Assembly: GCA_032718475.1 (NCBI GenBank)
Contig: JAUCBJ010005435.1
Location: forward strand, 1 to 64,000
Length of the DNA stretch: 64,000 nt
Direction of reading: 5' to 3'
Source: Nemertoderma westbladi
Taxonomy: Eukaryota; Animalia; Xenacoelomorpha
Part shown: positions 56,001-63,276 of the stretch, piece after piece
Numbering within the stretch: the first letter of the stretch is position 1
How the letters are laid out: every line of letters begins with the position of its first letter
Program-made: the position numbers and the translations under genes
Notes under the pieces: generated by a model
What the model was told of the DNA's origin: nothing
Seen by the model: the letters and a program-made list of their open reading frames with translations, nothing else
Databases searched by the model: none

Positions 56001-59000
56001 CCTGAAAACAGGCCGAGGTAAGTATAACCAACAGAGCGCTGGCCTTCCTGAAAACAGGCCGAGGTAAGTATAACCAACAGAGCGCTGGCCTATACCTGAA
56101 AACAGGCCGAGGTAAGTATAACCAACAGAGCGCTGGCCTTTCTGAAAACAGGCCGAGGTAAGTATAACCAACAGAGCGCTGGCCTTCCTGAAAACAGTCC
56201 GAGGTAACTATAACCAACAGAGCGCTGACCTACCTGAAAACAAGCCGAGGTAAGTATAACCAACAGAGCGCTGGCCTTTCTGAAAACAGGCCGAGGTAAG
56301 TATAACCAACAGAGCGCTGGCCTACCTGAAAACAAGCCGAGGTAAGTATAACCAACAGAGCGCTGACCTACCTGAAAACAGGCCGAGGTAACTATAACCA
56401 ACAGAGCGCTGACCTACCTGAAAACAAGCCGAGGTAAGTATAACCAACAGAGCGCTGACCTACCTGAAAACAGGCCGAGGTAACTATAACCAACAGAGCG
56501 CTGACCTACCTGAAAACAAGCCGAGGTAAGTATAACCAACAGAGCGCTGGCCTACCTGAAAACAGGCCGAGGTAAGTATAACCAACAGAGCGCTGGCCTA
56601 CCTGAAAACAAGCCGAGGTAAGTATAACCAACAGAGCGCTGGCCTTTCTGAAAACAGGCCGAGGTAAGTATAACCAACAGAGCGCTGGCCTTTCTGAAAA
56701 CAAGCCTAGGTAATATTGCTGTAATTTAGTAGTGAAGGGGGGGGGGGGGGGGGGGGCTGACTTACTTAGTGGACATTCTGTGCTTTGTGACTGGTGGTGT
56801 GGCAAATTTCGTGACACTTTGTGACTGGGTGGGAGGGTGTCTGAAATGTTTCACAATTTATAAGGTGGGTGTTGTTAGGTTGGCACTGTTAGCCATGCTG
56901 GGAGGTGGGTAAATGTTGACACATTGTGATGAAGGGGGGGGGGGGGGGGGACCTGTCTGAATCGGTCGATTCAGACAAGGTATTCTTTTAGTAACCCTTT
57001 CAACCAACAATGTTTTCATACATGTACATTTACTTCCAGGTGCCCGGGCACGTAATTCTATAGCGGTCTCGCCCGCCGACAACATGGGTGCATCGTGCAG
57101 TAAACGCCCACATTCAGTGATCTCTTACTCCAGTGGTAGTAGTTCAAATTCCTCAGTTATATCATCAAGTAAGTTTATTAATTTCTACTCGAGAATTTAT
57201 GAGTAATGACTATTTACATACTTGTGTGTAAAGTATTACAGTGTGATGATCCGAGTGTCTTTGTTACACGAACGAACGTTAGTGAGTGAGTGAAAATAAA
57301 GCTCCGAGGATCAGAACACTGTAAAGTACTTTGCAACAAGTATATATGTAGTTTTATTCCAAAATGTTAACATTACGAAATGATTGTATATATATTATAA
57401 GTGATAGAAACTGCACAAATTATATTAGTTGCTGTATAAATAAATGTAAAATGACATAAATTATGTTATAAATAAGTTAGCTTATATTTATGGTGGCGCG
57501 TGGAGCCATGTTATAATAATATAGCTAGGCCCTACTGGTTATTAATAGCTATACCCCGCCTACCGGTAGGTAATGCAGTAGGCCTATCTGGCTGTCAGGT
57601 AAATTTCCACCTATTGTTTACGTTTCCATTTCCACCTATTGTTTACCTGGTATCCAATGACGGCGTTAAGTAATGTCCCCTTAGTGGACATTACTTAACG
57701 CCGTCATGGGTTACCACGTAAACAATAACACCAAATACAATACTAAATGTACAGGCCAATACAATGCTGTAATGTCCTTTAAAGTTTTAAAGTGCTAAAT
57801 AACAACTCGCTGTTAATACTAACGGCGTTGAGTAATGTTACAATATTGGAATAAAGTAACATTATCGTATTTGCAATAAATTAATATTTTTAAATGTTAA
57901 ATATAAACATTCACATTCAATTCAAGAAAAACAACTTGGAATTTTTGTTGCCATTTTGTTCCTTTTTGGTAATTAATTATATCAATTTGGTAGTTAATAT
58001 TATATTAAATTGACAAACTCCTTGAATACATATAGTCAGGAACTTTCGTAAGAATAAATTCCCTATAACCAGTTGATATGTCGTACATTAATAATTATTT
58101 GTCCCACAAGTTATAACTTTGCATTCTTGGTTTCCTAGGTTACACGCCGTTCTACCACAGTGGTTGCTATGACCCCGCCGCCCACCAACGACCCCAGTTG
58201 TCACAGCAACGCAGTAGCGAGAGTTACGGAGACTCGAGTCCGGTTGACGCAGTCAGCCCCGAGCCGCCCGTCGTTGGTGCCGGGCTAACATCTGGTTCAC
58301 CTTCGGAGAGATTCGTTTCCCAAATATCCCAGTAAGTTGAAGTAAAATCCGTAAGTTCCTATTTGTTGCAGTTCACTATACCCTCGGTTAGACTTAAACA
58401 CCAGTCTATACCGACGTTCATGTCTGCAAATATCGTTATTAGCTGGTCCTGATTACCTTGGCTAATTATACAATTCCCAAGGGTAATTATGCCATGCTGA
58501 CATTGTAGTTACGAACTTAGTGGCCGGAACATACAGAAAGACTGTCTTATAATAAATAATTTAAAAAGTTTATATTTATAGGCAGATTTTGTTCGATCTT
58601 TATTCGAATTCTCATTAGTTTTTAACGTACCGCTTTATTAATTAATAGTCATCGCCTGTCAATTCATACACTATATATCGTGACCATAGAGCCAGAACAA
58701 CACATACCACACTACTTTTTGGTGAGTGTTGTTCTGGCTCTTTGATGGTCACGATGTGTTAGACCAAGAAGTTCAACTGCGGAGATATTAAAAATTATCC
58801 TTCTATACGGGATATTTTACTAATTAACACCTAACTTTTTTCTGTAAAGCGTTCTTTCTGTATATATATACAAAAAGTACTAACTTAATTTTTTTTTATA
58901 AGGAAACAGTTTACTTAGCTAGTATATATACATTATACACACTATTTTAGTATTATGTTGAGCCTCCAGGGGGCTGGGGGGAAGAACTGGGGCGAGATTC

Positions 59001-62000
59001 TTGCCACGTATATTAATAAAAGAGTTTATATCCGTATGCGCTTTCGCCCGTTTCGGGTGTCTTCAGCGGAATATATTAAACATTAAAAACCAAATTAAAT
59101 AAAATTCAAAGTAAATTTACAAATAAAACGAGGGACTGGATCGACGTCATTCCGCAATATTAAATATGTTTTAGTAATGGATCACAGTGTGTTAAATATT
59201 TATGTCAGAGCAGTCGGGCCGAAATTGTTAAACGTTTTACCTCAACTCTTACGCAATATGTCTGATTGTTCCCTCGACTCTACCAAAACCACTTTTATAC
59301 ATATTTTGGGCAGCATTCCGGACAGTAAACCTGCAGCCCAGGATATACCGGAATAAGTGCAACTCATCTCAACTCACTTATTAAACTTATTCCGTATTTG
59401 CGTTTGCGATACATTACCTTTTTATTTTCTTCATGATAAGTATATTACGAGGCAATACATAATAGTTAAATTAATATTACTTTACTCTCGTAATTGTAGG
59501 TAAATAATATTTCTAATGTTTTTGCAGTCTTGGGCTAAATTATATTTATACATATTTTGGTGCGTTCAACGAGATCTCCACGGTTTTTATATAATAGAGC
59601 AATTAATAAATTTATGCCCGAAAAACCTATAATACAATGCAGTTAGCTTTAGAATAACAAAACATAATAGAAGTCAGTCAGGTAATACTTCCCTTAAGTT
59701 AAGTTATGCAGTTTACATTAACCGTACTTAGTTAATCGTTAATCAATTTTATTAAAGTTAATCCTTCGGCCGCCAAACTGAATCCATCGCCGGTCGAGAC
59801 TTATTAACAAAAAATCTGCACATAGTGCCCACTAAAGCGGTGCAACATGGAACATAACCTTGTACATTTAATGTAGTTATAAAGTTCAAGTTTCAGCGAG
59901 TTTGTATGATTTTGATTATTCAAATAATCTGCAATATATCCATAGCTTAAAGCTAATAGTGAAATCCACATCTCGCTATTTGGTGTCGGAACTATGGTAA
60001 ATTAAAGTGTCTCGTTGTTTTCGATTAAAGGCTGTTAATTCATCGTATTCGATTCAACATCGGCAAACATGAACGTGAGAGCGGTTTTTCATTTATCGCA
60101 ATATTTACAATAAATAAATTACTATTTGAAACAGAGATGATTTAATGGAACCGTATTGTTAAATACGAGTCCGACACAATATATATATATTCGACCTTTC
60201 GCATTCAATGAGTTAATATTTAAATGTAAGGTGTGTGGCTCCATCAATATTACATCTGTGGGGCGAGCCACGAAGTGAGCTGTCGTCGTCTTAATTTTTT
60301 GATCAGTATTAACTATATCATTCCTTAATGAAATCAAACCAAACTAGGTACAGTACGTATGTAGAAAGAATCTGAAGTTTGGTCAAAATCAGACAGTCAG
60401 TCTGTCAGTCGGTACCAGACAAGTAGTTTCAGACTTTCGATAAAAACCGAAATAATTCTGTCAATCACTGATTAAATCATACAAAACTTGATACGTATGC
60501 AGTCTCGTGCTGCGCGAAGGCCCCACGAACGAGCCCTACCACGTCTATAATTGTGCATGCACCCTTGATAAAGTCACATTTTAAAAACCTGAGAAATGGT
60601 GTGAAAGTGATAATAAATGTTAAGAAAAATAAAATGCCTGTTCACCATCACCACCATGGATGATCTTCCACAGTGGCATATACCCTTCCACTCTGTTTCC
60701 CATTCCCAAGGTTGATATCTTATATATCGACCAGTCAAGGATGAAAACCTGGTTTGGGTTAGCCTGCAATATTTAAAGCACTGTAACTGTAACCAACAGT
60801 GTTGCCCCCTTCTATGGATCCAACCAGGGCCTCCTGATAGGAAGCCCAGGTGCAGCTTGAATATAAACAAATGTGGTGCATTTTTAGGCAAACTAGCAAA
60901 TTTGAGACAAGAATTCTATTTTGCAGGCTCATATTGCTTGACTAATATACAGAGAATTTATGCTACTAGTTTTTATGGCAGCCCGGTATGGGACTTGTTT
61001 TCACATGAATGCGCCAGGATATTTACTGCATGGAATTTACTGTATTCTTATTCTATTTAAGTATGGTTGTTTGTATATTTTCTACTGTACTTAATTCTAC
61101 TTTAAGTATTATACTGTTACTGTTACTTACTTACCGGTACAATTATTGTGCTCTCTATAGATTCTCATTACTTTATGCTGTTCCCAGCTTGCTGGTGTAC
61201 GAAAATAAACGAAATAAAATAAATTAAAATAATTATTATTGGTATTTTGGGTGAATGAGTGGTTTCATATTATTATAACTTTCGTTTGGCACAGCTTTTT
61301 ATAGACGGTAATGACGTCCAGGTGGGATCGAGGTGGTGCCCTCCAGGTTGGAAGTCTGACGCTCTAACCATTCAACTAGCGTTTCAGATAAAAGGTAGAC
61401 CTATGGAAATACTACCTGATAAAATTGTATATGTTCGCAATTTTTACCTCGTCATGGCCTCCCATCTGCCAACACCATCATCTGATGCGACTGTGCTCAA
61501 TCATGTCAGATGGTATTGTCAATGGGAGGCCATGATGGGTTGTGTACAAAACACAGACCCAAGACCCCAGACCCCCAGGTACAAAACACAGACCCCCCCC
61601 CCCCCCCATGTACAAAACACAGACCCCCCCAGGTACAAAACACAGACCCCCCCAGGTACAAAACACAGACCCCCCCAGGTACAAAACACAGACCCCCCCA
61701 GGTACAAAACACAGACCCCCCCCCCCCCCCCCCCTCTGTGGGGTCTGTGTTTTGTACCTGGGGGGGGGGGGTCTGTGTTTTGTACCGGGGGGGTCTGTGT
61801 TTTGTACCTGGGGGGTCTGTGTTTTGTACCTGGGGGGGTCTGTGTTTTGTACCTGGGGGGGTCTGTGTTTTGTACCTGGGGGGGTCTGTGTTTTGTACCT
61901 GGGGGTCTGGGGTCTTGGGTCTGTGTTTTGTACACAACCGGCCATGATGATGTAAAAAACATTCAGTCCGCGGCAAGCCGATTTTAGGGCATTCATCGTA

Positions 62001-63276
62001 ATTTAGGAAATATAGGGTATCTATAATATAATGGGTAATATAAGGATAGGCCCTAAAAACTGCGAACTACGCGTAGTTGCAAGAGAGTGGACCTTAGGCG
62101 GCCCCCCACGTCGGGAGTCCCGTACCGGTCCGGTACCTAGACCAGTACTACACGACCGTAGTTGGTTACGGTTACGGTTTTTTGTCTACTTACCTAGGCC
62201 TATTTTTGTATTTTTTCATTGTAACAAGTAACATGTAAATATAGGCAACTGTATGTAGTTGGTGTAGTTCCGTCTGTTTGATTTATATCCTGAAGATGGC
62301 CCTAGTGGCAGAAATTAAATTGATAATAAAGAACTTGTTGTTTTCTCATTTAATCACCAGGGCAGAAATAACTCCAAAAAGATGACCTATATTTCCTAAA
62401 TTATGATGATGTATAGCTATGGTAATTAATGACTTGAGAGCCAGACCAACTTCAATACACTCGGCTCATATTGCTGAAAAGTGCTACTTTTAACGCTTAA
62501 TGTAAATGTAGTTAATAACAATTTGGGTGTGTGAGGGTGGGTTGTGTACATGTTATTATTACGGGACAAATTGAACTAATTATGATTGGTTGTTTTATAC
62601 AAATTCTAAAATGATAAATTGGGACTGGGGATTCAAAAGCAAAAGGTCTATTATTTCAAAACTAAGTTTAATGTATACTTTCGATATTCTTCATTGTTAG
62701 TTTGTCTCCAGATGGCTTTGCTTACTTTTGCAGTTCACTATACCCTCGGTTAGACTTAAACACCAGTCTATACCGACGTTCATGTCTGCAAATATCGTTA
62801 TTAGCTGGTCCTGATTACCTTGGCTAATTATACAACAATTGCCGAGGGTAATTATACCATGCTGACATAATAGGATTATAAACTCTACAATTAGTGAATT
62901 ACATAGTTTAACAGCTTGGAATTAATAAATATATCTGTGTCTATAAAGAACAACTATAAAACACTTTGATTAAAATAAATGTTTACATATTATAATTGCG
63001 TACATTACGATGTATAAGACACATTGACATATTCTGAGGTAACTGCACTCGCCCATGTAAACTATCTCGCTTCGCTCGGTTTATAAATCGACTGGTACAA
63101 CAGTAATCATATAAAGTCCCACTTTACACGACGTGGTATGCATAAATATTAATTATTTTGTTTATTAAAGGTCGTCGTCTGTATTAAAAGGAATTCAAGA
63201 AGAGGAAGACCGCGCATCTTCACCAGTGCCCGATGACGTCATCAATATTCAAAATAATGTTTCCATGGAAACCTAG
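22133..63276 (+). CDS. PLEKHG4: Multi-exon RhoGEF of the PLEKHG4/PLEKHG4B/ARHGEF40 family (shared exons, 1667 codons plus a 14-39 aa first exon)
   Basis: 23 exons with GT-AG introns and matching phases sum to 5004 nt. Family motifs: LASLYPPF..TAP..IGQ, EGWPL, LRPGDFY, LFTHEWL, LLHSG..IIPGTRD, VLVDAR, HEDWIRFR, DH ELIQTERDY / YLLKPVQRMTKYALL / LRHGNDLLA, PH RHVFLFQELVVFSK / FGIWFRR, and AMGVGSKP. Exact paralog cannot be assigned. Confidence 0.92.
22839..23022 (+). CDS. PLEKHG4: RhoGEF exon (EGWPL..LRPGDFY)
   Basis: TTTTAG acceptor, G|GTTAGT donor, phases 0/1. Confidence 0.9.
24446..24584 (+). CDS. PLEKHG4: RhoGEF exon (DMLFTHEWL..HCVLCGPQGVVR)
   Basis: TACAG acceptor, AG|GTAAGT donor, phases 1/2. 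Confidence 0.88.
24610..24890 (+). mobile_element. tRNA-derived SINE
   Basis: B box GGGTTCGATCC at about 24659, upstream A-box-like sequence, (TTTAC)n tail. Confidence 0.7.
24996..25151 (+). CDS. PLEKHG4: RhoGEF exon (LTWEEVTHP..EAELTD)
   Basis: ATCAG acceptor, AG|GTAGGT donor, phases 2/2. Confidence 0.87.
25139..25582 (+). repeat. 68-bp tandem repeat spanning the splice donor at 25152 (6 donor copies)
   Basis: AACTTACAGACAG|GTAGGT-like junction at 25152, 25266, 25334, 25402, 25470, 25534. Confidence 0.93.
25930..26034 (+). repeat. (TCTG)n microsatellite
   Basis: Direct reading; ends about 40 nt upstream of the acceptor at 26072. Confidence 0.95.
26072..26820 (+). CDS. PLEKHG4: RhoGEF exon, Ser/Pro-rich linker
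   Basis: Long GC-rich ORF, CAACAG acceptor, A|GTTAGT donor, phases 2/1. Confidence 0.85.
27340..27455 (+). mobile_element. SINE/RTE-type 3' end fragment
   Basis: CCCCTACCCTCGGGTAGCAGCTATCGAAAGAGGAGCCTTCGGGTCGCC resembles a recurrent invertebrate SINE tail (from memory). Confidence 0.4.
28494..28607 (+). CDS. PLEKHG4: RhoGEF exon, start of Sec14-like region (EVNFELLHSGSCIIPG)
   Basis: Polypyrimidine tract plus TAG acceptor, CAG|GTATGT donor, phases 1/1. Confidence 0.87.
29044..29167 (+). CDS. PLEKHG4: RhoGEF exon (GTRDLNQRPVI..LLLYYSNIP)
   Basis: CAG acceptor, AG|GTGAGT donor, phases 1/2; Sec14-like G-T-R-D motif. Confidence 0.88.
29270..31070 (+). repeat. 47-bp tandem array (with shorter ~35-bp derivatives) ending at and copying the splice acceptor at 31065
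   Basis: Unit TATGTAACTCCCATTCATTTCTCACACAG|TTCCCATAAACTTTCTCA; the real junction is TTTCTCACACAG|TTCCCAG. Confidence 0.92.
31065..31221 (+). CDS. PLEKHG4: RhoGEF exon (RGMTVLVDAR..QNSTQ)
   Basis: CACAG acceptor (the nearby AG at 31071 gives a stop), CAG|GTAAGA donor, phases 2/0. Confidence 0.87.
31424..31591 (+). CDS. PLEKHG4: RhoGEF exon, end of Sec14-like region (QLTTYSGGRYTYLHEDWIRFRMK)
   Basis: TGCAG acceptor, AAG|GTGAGT donor, phases 0/0. Confidence 0.9.
31562..33416 (+). repeat. 41-bp tandem array, 45 copies, spanning the donor at 31592
   Basis: Unit is 30 nt exon CACGRGGATTGGATCCGKTTCAGAATGAAG plus 11 nt intron GTGAGTTCGAA. Confidence 0.97.
33501..33726 (+). CDS. PLEKHG4: RhoGEF exon (LEPLSELCK..NESMSL)
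   Basis: Polypyrimidine tract plus TAG acceptor, TTG|GTTAGT donor, phases 0/1. Confidence 0.87.
33724..42725 (+). repeat. 42-43-bp tandem array, about 210 copies, starting at the donor at 33727
   Basis: Unit TTG|GTTAGTGTCGGTTTATTGTGTCTGTCTAACATTGTATCAA; the first copy coincides with the real donor. Confidence 0.97.
43133..43290 (+). CDS. PLEKHG4: RhoGEF exon, spectrin-like helices (HSVDYSN..LEECMRMRLFDDEYNK)
   Basis: TTTAG acceptor, AAG|GTACGT donor, phases 1/0. Confidence 0.85.
43469..43588 (+). CDS. PLEKHG4: RhoGEF exon, spectrin-like (IIHWLARKGE..LGDSL..FEKFY)
   Basis: 120 nt, TTTAG acceptor and GTAAGT donor; spectrin W and GDSL motifs. Confidence 0.88.
43737..43928 (+). CDS. PLEKHG4: RhoGEF exon, spectrin-like (KYCEKAEELI..LHHYIDS)
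   Basis: 192 nt, ATTAG acceptor, GTGAGG donor. Confidence 0.85.
44182..44356 (+). CDS. PLEKHG4: RhoGEF exon (AFDWALSGMKYLA..HPPI)
   Basis: GATAG acceptor, G|GTAGGT donor, phases 0/1. Confidence 0.85.
44623..45248 (+). CDS. PLEKHG4: RhoGEF exon, end of helical region plus Pro/Ser-rich linker
   Basis: TTTTAG acceptor, AAG|GTTGGT donor, long GC-rich ORF, phases 1/0. Confidence 0.83.
45649..45907 (+). CDS. PLEKHG4: RhoGEF exon, DH domain N-half (IMSELIQTERDY..DLPQGLRG..NIEKIRDFH)
   Basis: Canonical Dbl-homology motifs; TTTTAG acceptor, G|GTAAGT donor. Confidence 0.95.
46201..46613 (+). CDS. PLEKHG4: RhoGEF exon, DH C-half and PH start (NKP.S..LL, YLLKPVQRMTKYALL, LRHGNDLLA, QGQLLMQDEF)
   Basis: Canonical DH motifs; TTCTAG acceptor, CAG|GTAGGT donor. 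Confidence 0.96.
46732..46845 (+). CDS. PLEKHG4: RhoGEF exon, PH domain (RHVFLFQELVVFSK..YHYKSSYK)
   Basis: TTTCAG acceptor, AAG|GTGAGT donor, 114 nt. Confidence 0.93.
46841..53057 (+). repeat. 29-bp tandem array, about 214 copies, spanning the donor at 46846
   Basis: Unit ACAAG|GTGAGTATGGGACCRTGTAGGGTG. Confidence 0.97.
53311..53472 (+). CDS. PLEKHG4: RhoGEF exon, PH domain C-half (SELGLTQTIGDSGYKFGIWFRR..WVAELTNLLLHQ)
   Basis: TTGTAG acceptor, CAG|GTTAGC donor, 162 nt; invariant PH Trp. Confidence 0.93.
53443..54764 (+). repeat. 34-bp tandem array, 39 copies, spanning the donor at 53473
   Basis: Unit is 30 nt exon GCCGAGTTARCCAACCTATTACTTCATCAG plus GTTA. Confidence 0.97.
55283..55415 (+). 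CDS. PLEKHG4: RhoGEF exon, post-PH (AMRNRERQ..AMGVGSKP..ITNRALAYLKTGR)
   Basis: TTTCAG acceptor, GAG|GTAAGT donor; resembles the PLEKHG4-family post-PH motif. Confidence 0.9.
55373..56712 (+). repeat. 46-bp tandem array, 29 copies, spanning the donor at 55416
   Basis: Unit is 43 nt exon AGTATAACCAACAGAGCGCTGGCCTACCTGAAAACAGGCCGAG plus GTA. Confidence 0.97.
57040..57168 (+). CDS. PLEKHG4: RhoGEF exon (ARARNSIAVS..KRPHSVIS)
   Basis: TTCCAG acceptor, A|GTAAGT donor, phases 1/1. Confidence 0.87.
57210..57856. mobile_element. Palindrome-rich non-autonomous element (possibly Crypton-like)
   Basis: 5' hairpin shared with 378-582, inverted pair TTATTCCAAAATGTTAACATTAC / GTAATGTTACAATATTGGAATAA, internal hairpin at 57638-57727; class assignment is tentative. 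Confidence 0.55.
58139..58331 (+). CDS. PLEKHG4: RhoGEF penultimate exon (terminal with TAA at 58333-58335 if the donor is not used)
   Basis: TTCCTAG acceptor, open GC-rich frame, CA|GTAAGT donor at 58332. Confidence 0.78.
58366..58503 (+). repeat. About 140-bp direct repeat, second copy at 62728-62867
   Basis: TTGCAGTTCACTATACCCTCGG..GGCTAATTATACAA identical in both copies for about 105 nt. Confidence 0.9.
58677..58755. repeat. Short hairpin (inverted repeat)
   Basis: ATCGTGACCAT.AGAGCCAGAACAACAC / GTGTTGTTCTGGCTCT..ATGGTCACGAT. Confidence 0.8.
59028..59074 (-). ncRNA. Minimal type I hammerhead ribozyme motif (Penelope-like element type)
   Basis: Minus strand UCCG-CUGAAGA-CA-CCCG-AAA-CGGG-C-GAAA-GCGC-AUA-CGGA. 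Confidence 0.65.
59200..59395 (+). mobile_element. Decayed LINE ORF2 C-terminal fragment (CR1/L2/Jockey-like)
   Basis: Translation AVGPKLLNVLPQLLRNMSDCSLDS..LGSIPD..GY..NSLI. Confidence 0.65.
61313..61383 (-). pseudogene. tRNA-like remnant or SINE head (TCC in the anticodon-like loop)
   Basis: Minus strand GCTAGTTGAATGGTTAGAGCGTCAGACTTCCAACCTGGAGGG..CTCGATCCC; T-arm degenerate. Confidence 0.5.
61538..61939. mobile_element. Fully palindromic Mutator-like/foldback MITE
   Basis: Ends GGTTGTGTACAAAACACAGACCC / GGGTCTGTGTTTTGTACACAACC, inverted ~25-bp tandem units, 10-bp TSD GGCCATGATG at 61528-61537 and 61940-61949. Confidence 0.9.
62286..62325 (+). ncRNA. Degenerate second Penelope-type hammerhead motif
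   Basis: AUC-CUGAAGA-UG-GCC-CUAGU-GGC-A-GAAA-UUAA-AUU-GAU; base of stem II is mismatched. Confidence 0.35.
63171..63276 (+). CDS. PLEKHG4: Probable terminal coding exon (SSSVLKGIQEEEDRASSPVPDDVINIQNNVSMET*)
   Basis: TTAAAG acceptor, phase 2 matches the 58332 donor, open to TAG at 63274-63276. Confidence 0.6.

Noticed and set aside
61259-61996. ORFs across the palindromic MITE
   Set aside because: Low-complexity repeat translation inside a TSD-flanked element.
62712-62814. Alternative terminal exon after TCTCCAG at 62711
   Set aside because: It mostly overlaps the duplicated 140-bp repeat and gives a peptide with no family resemblance; 63171 is the better candidate.
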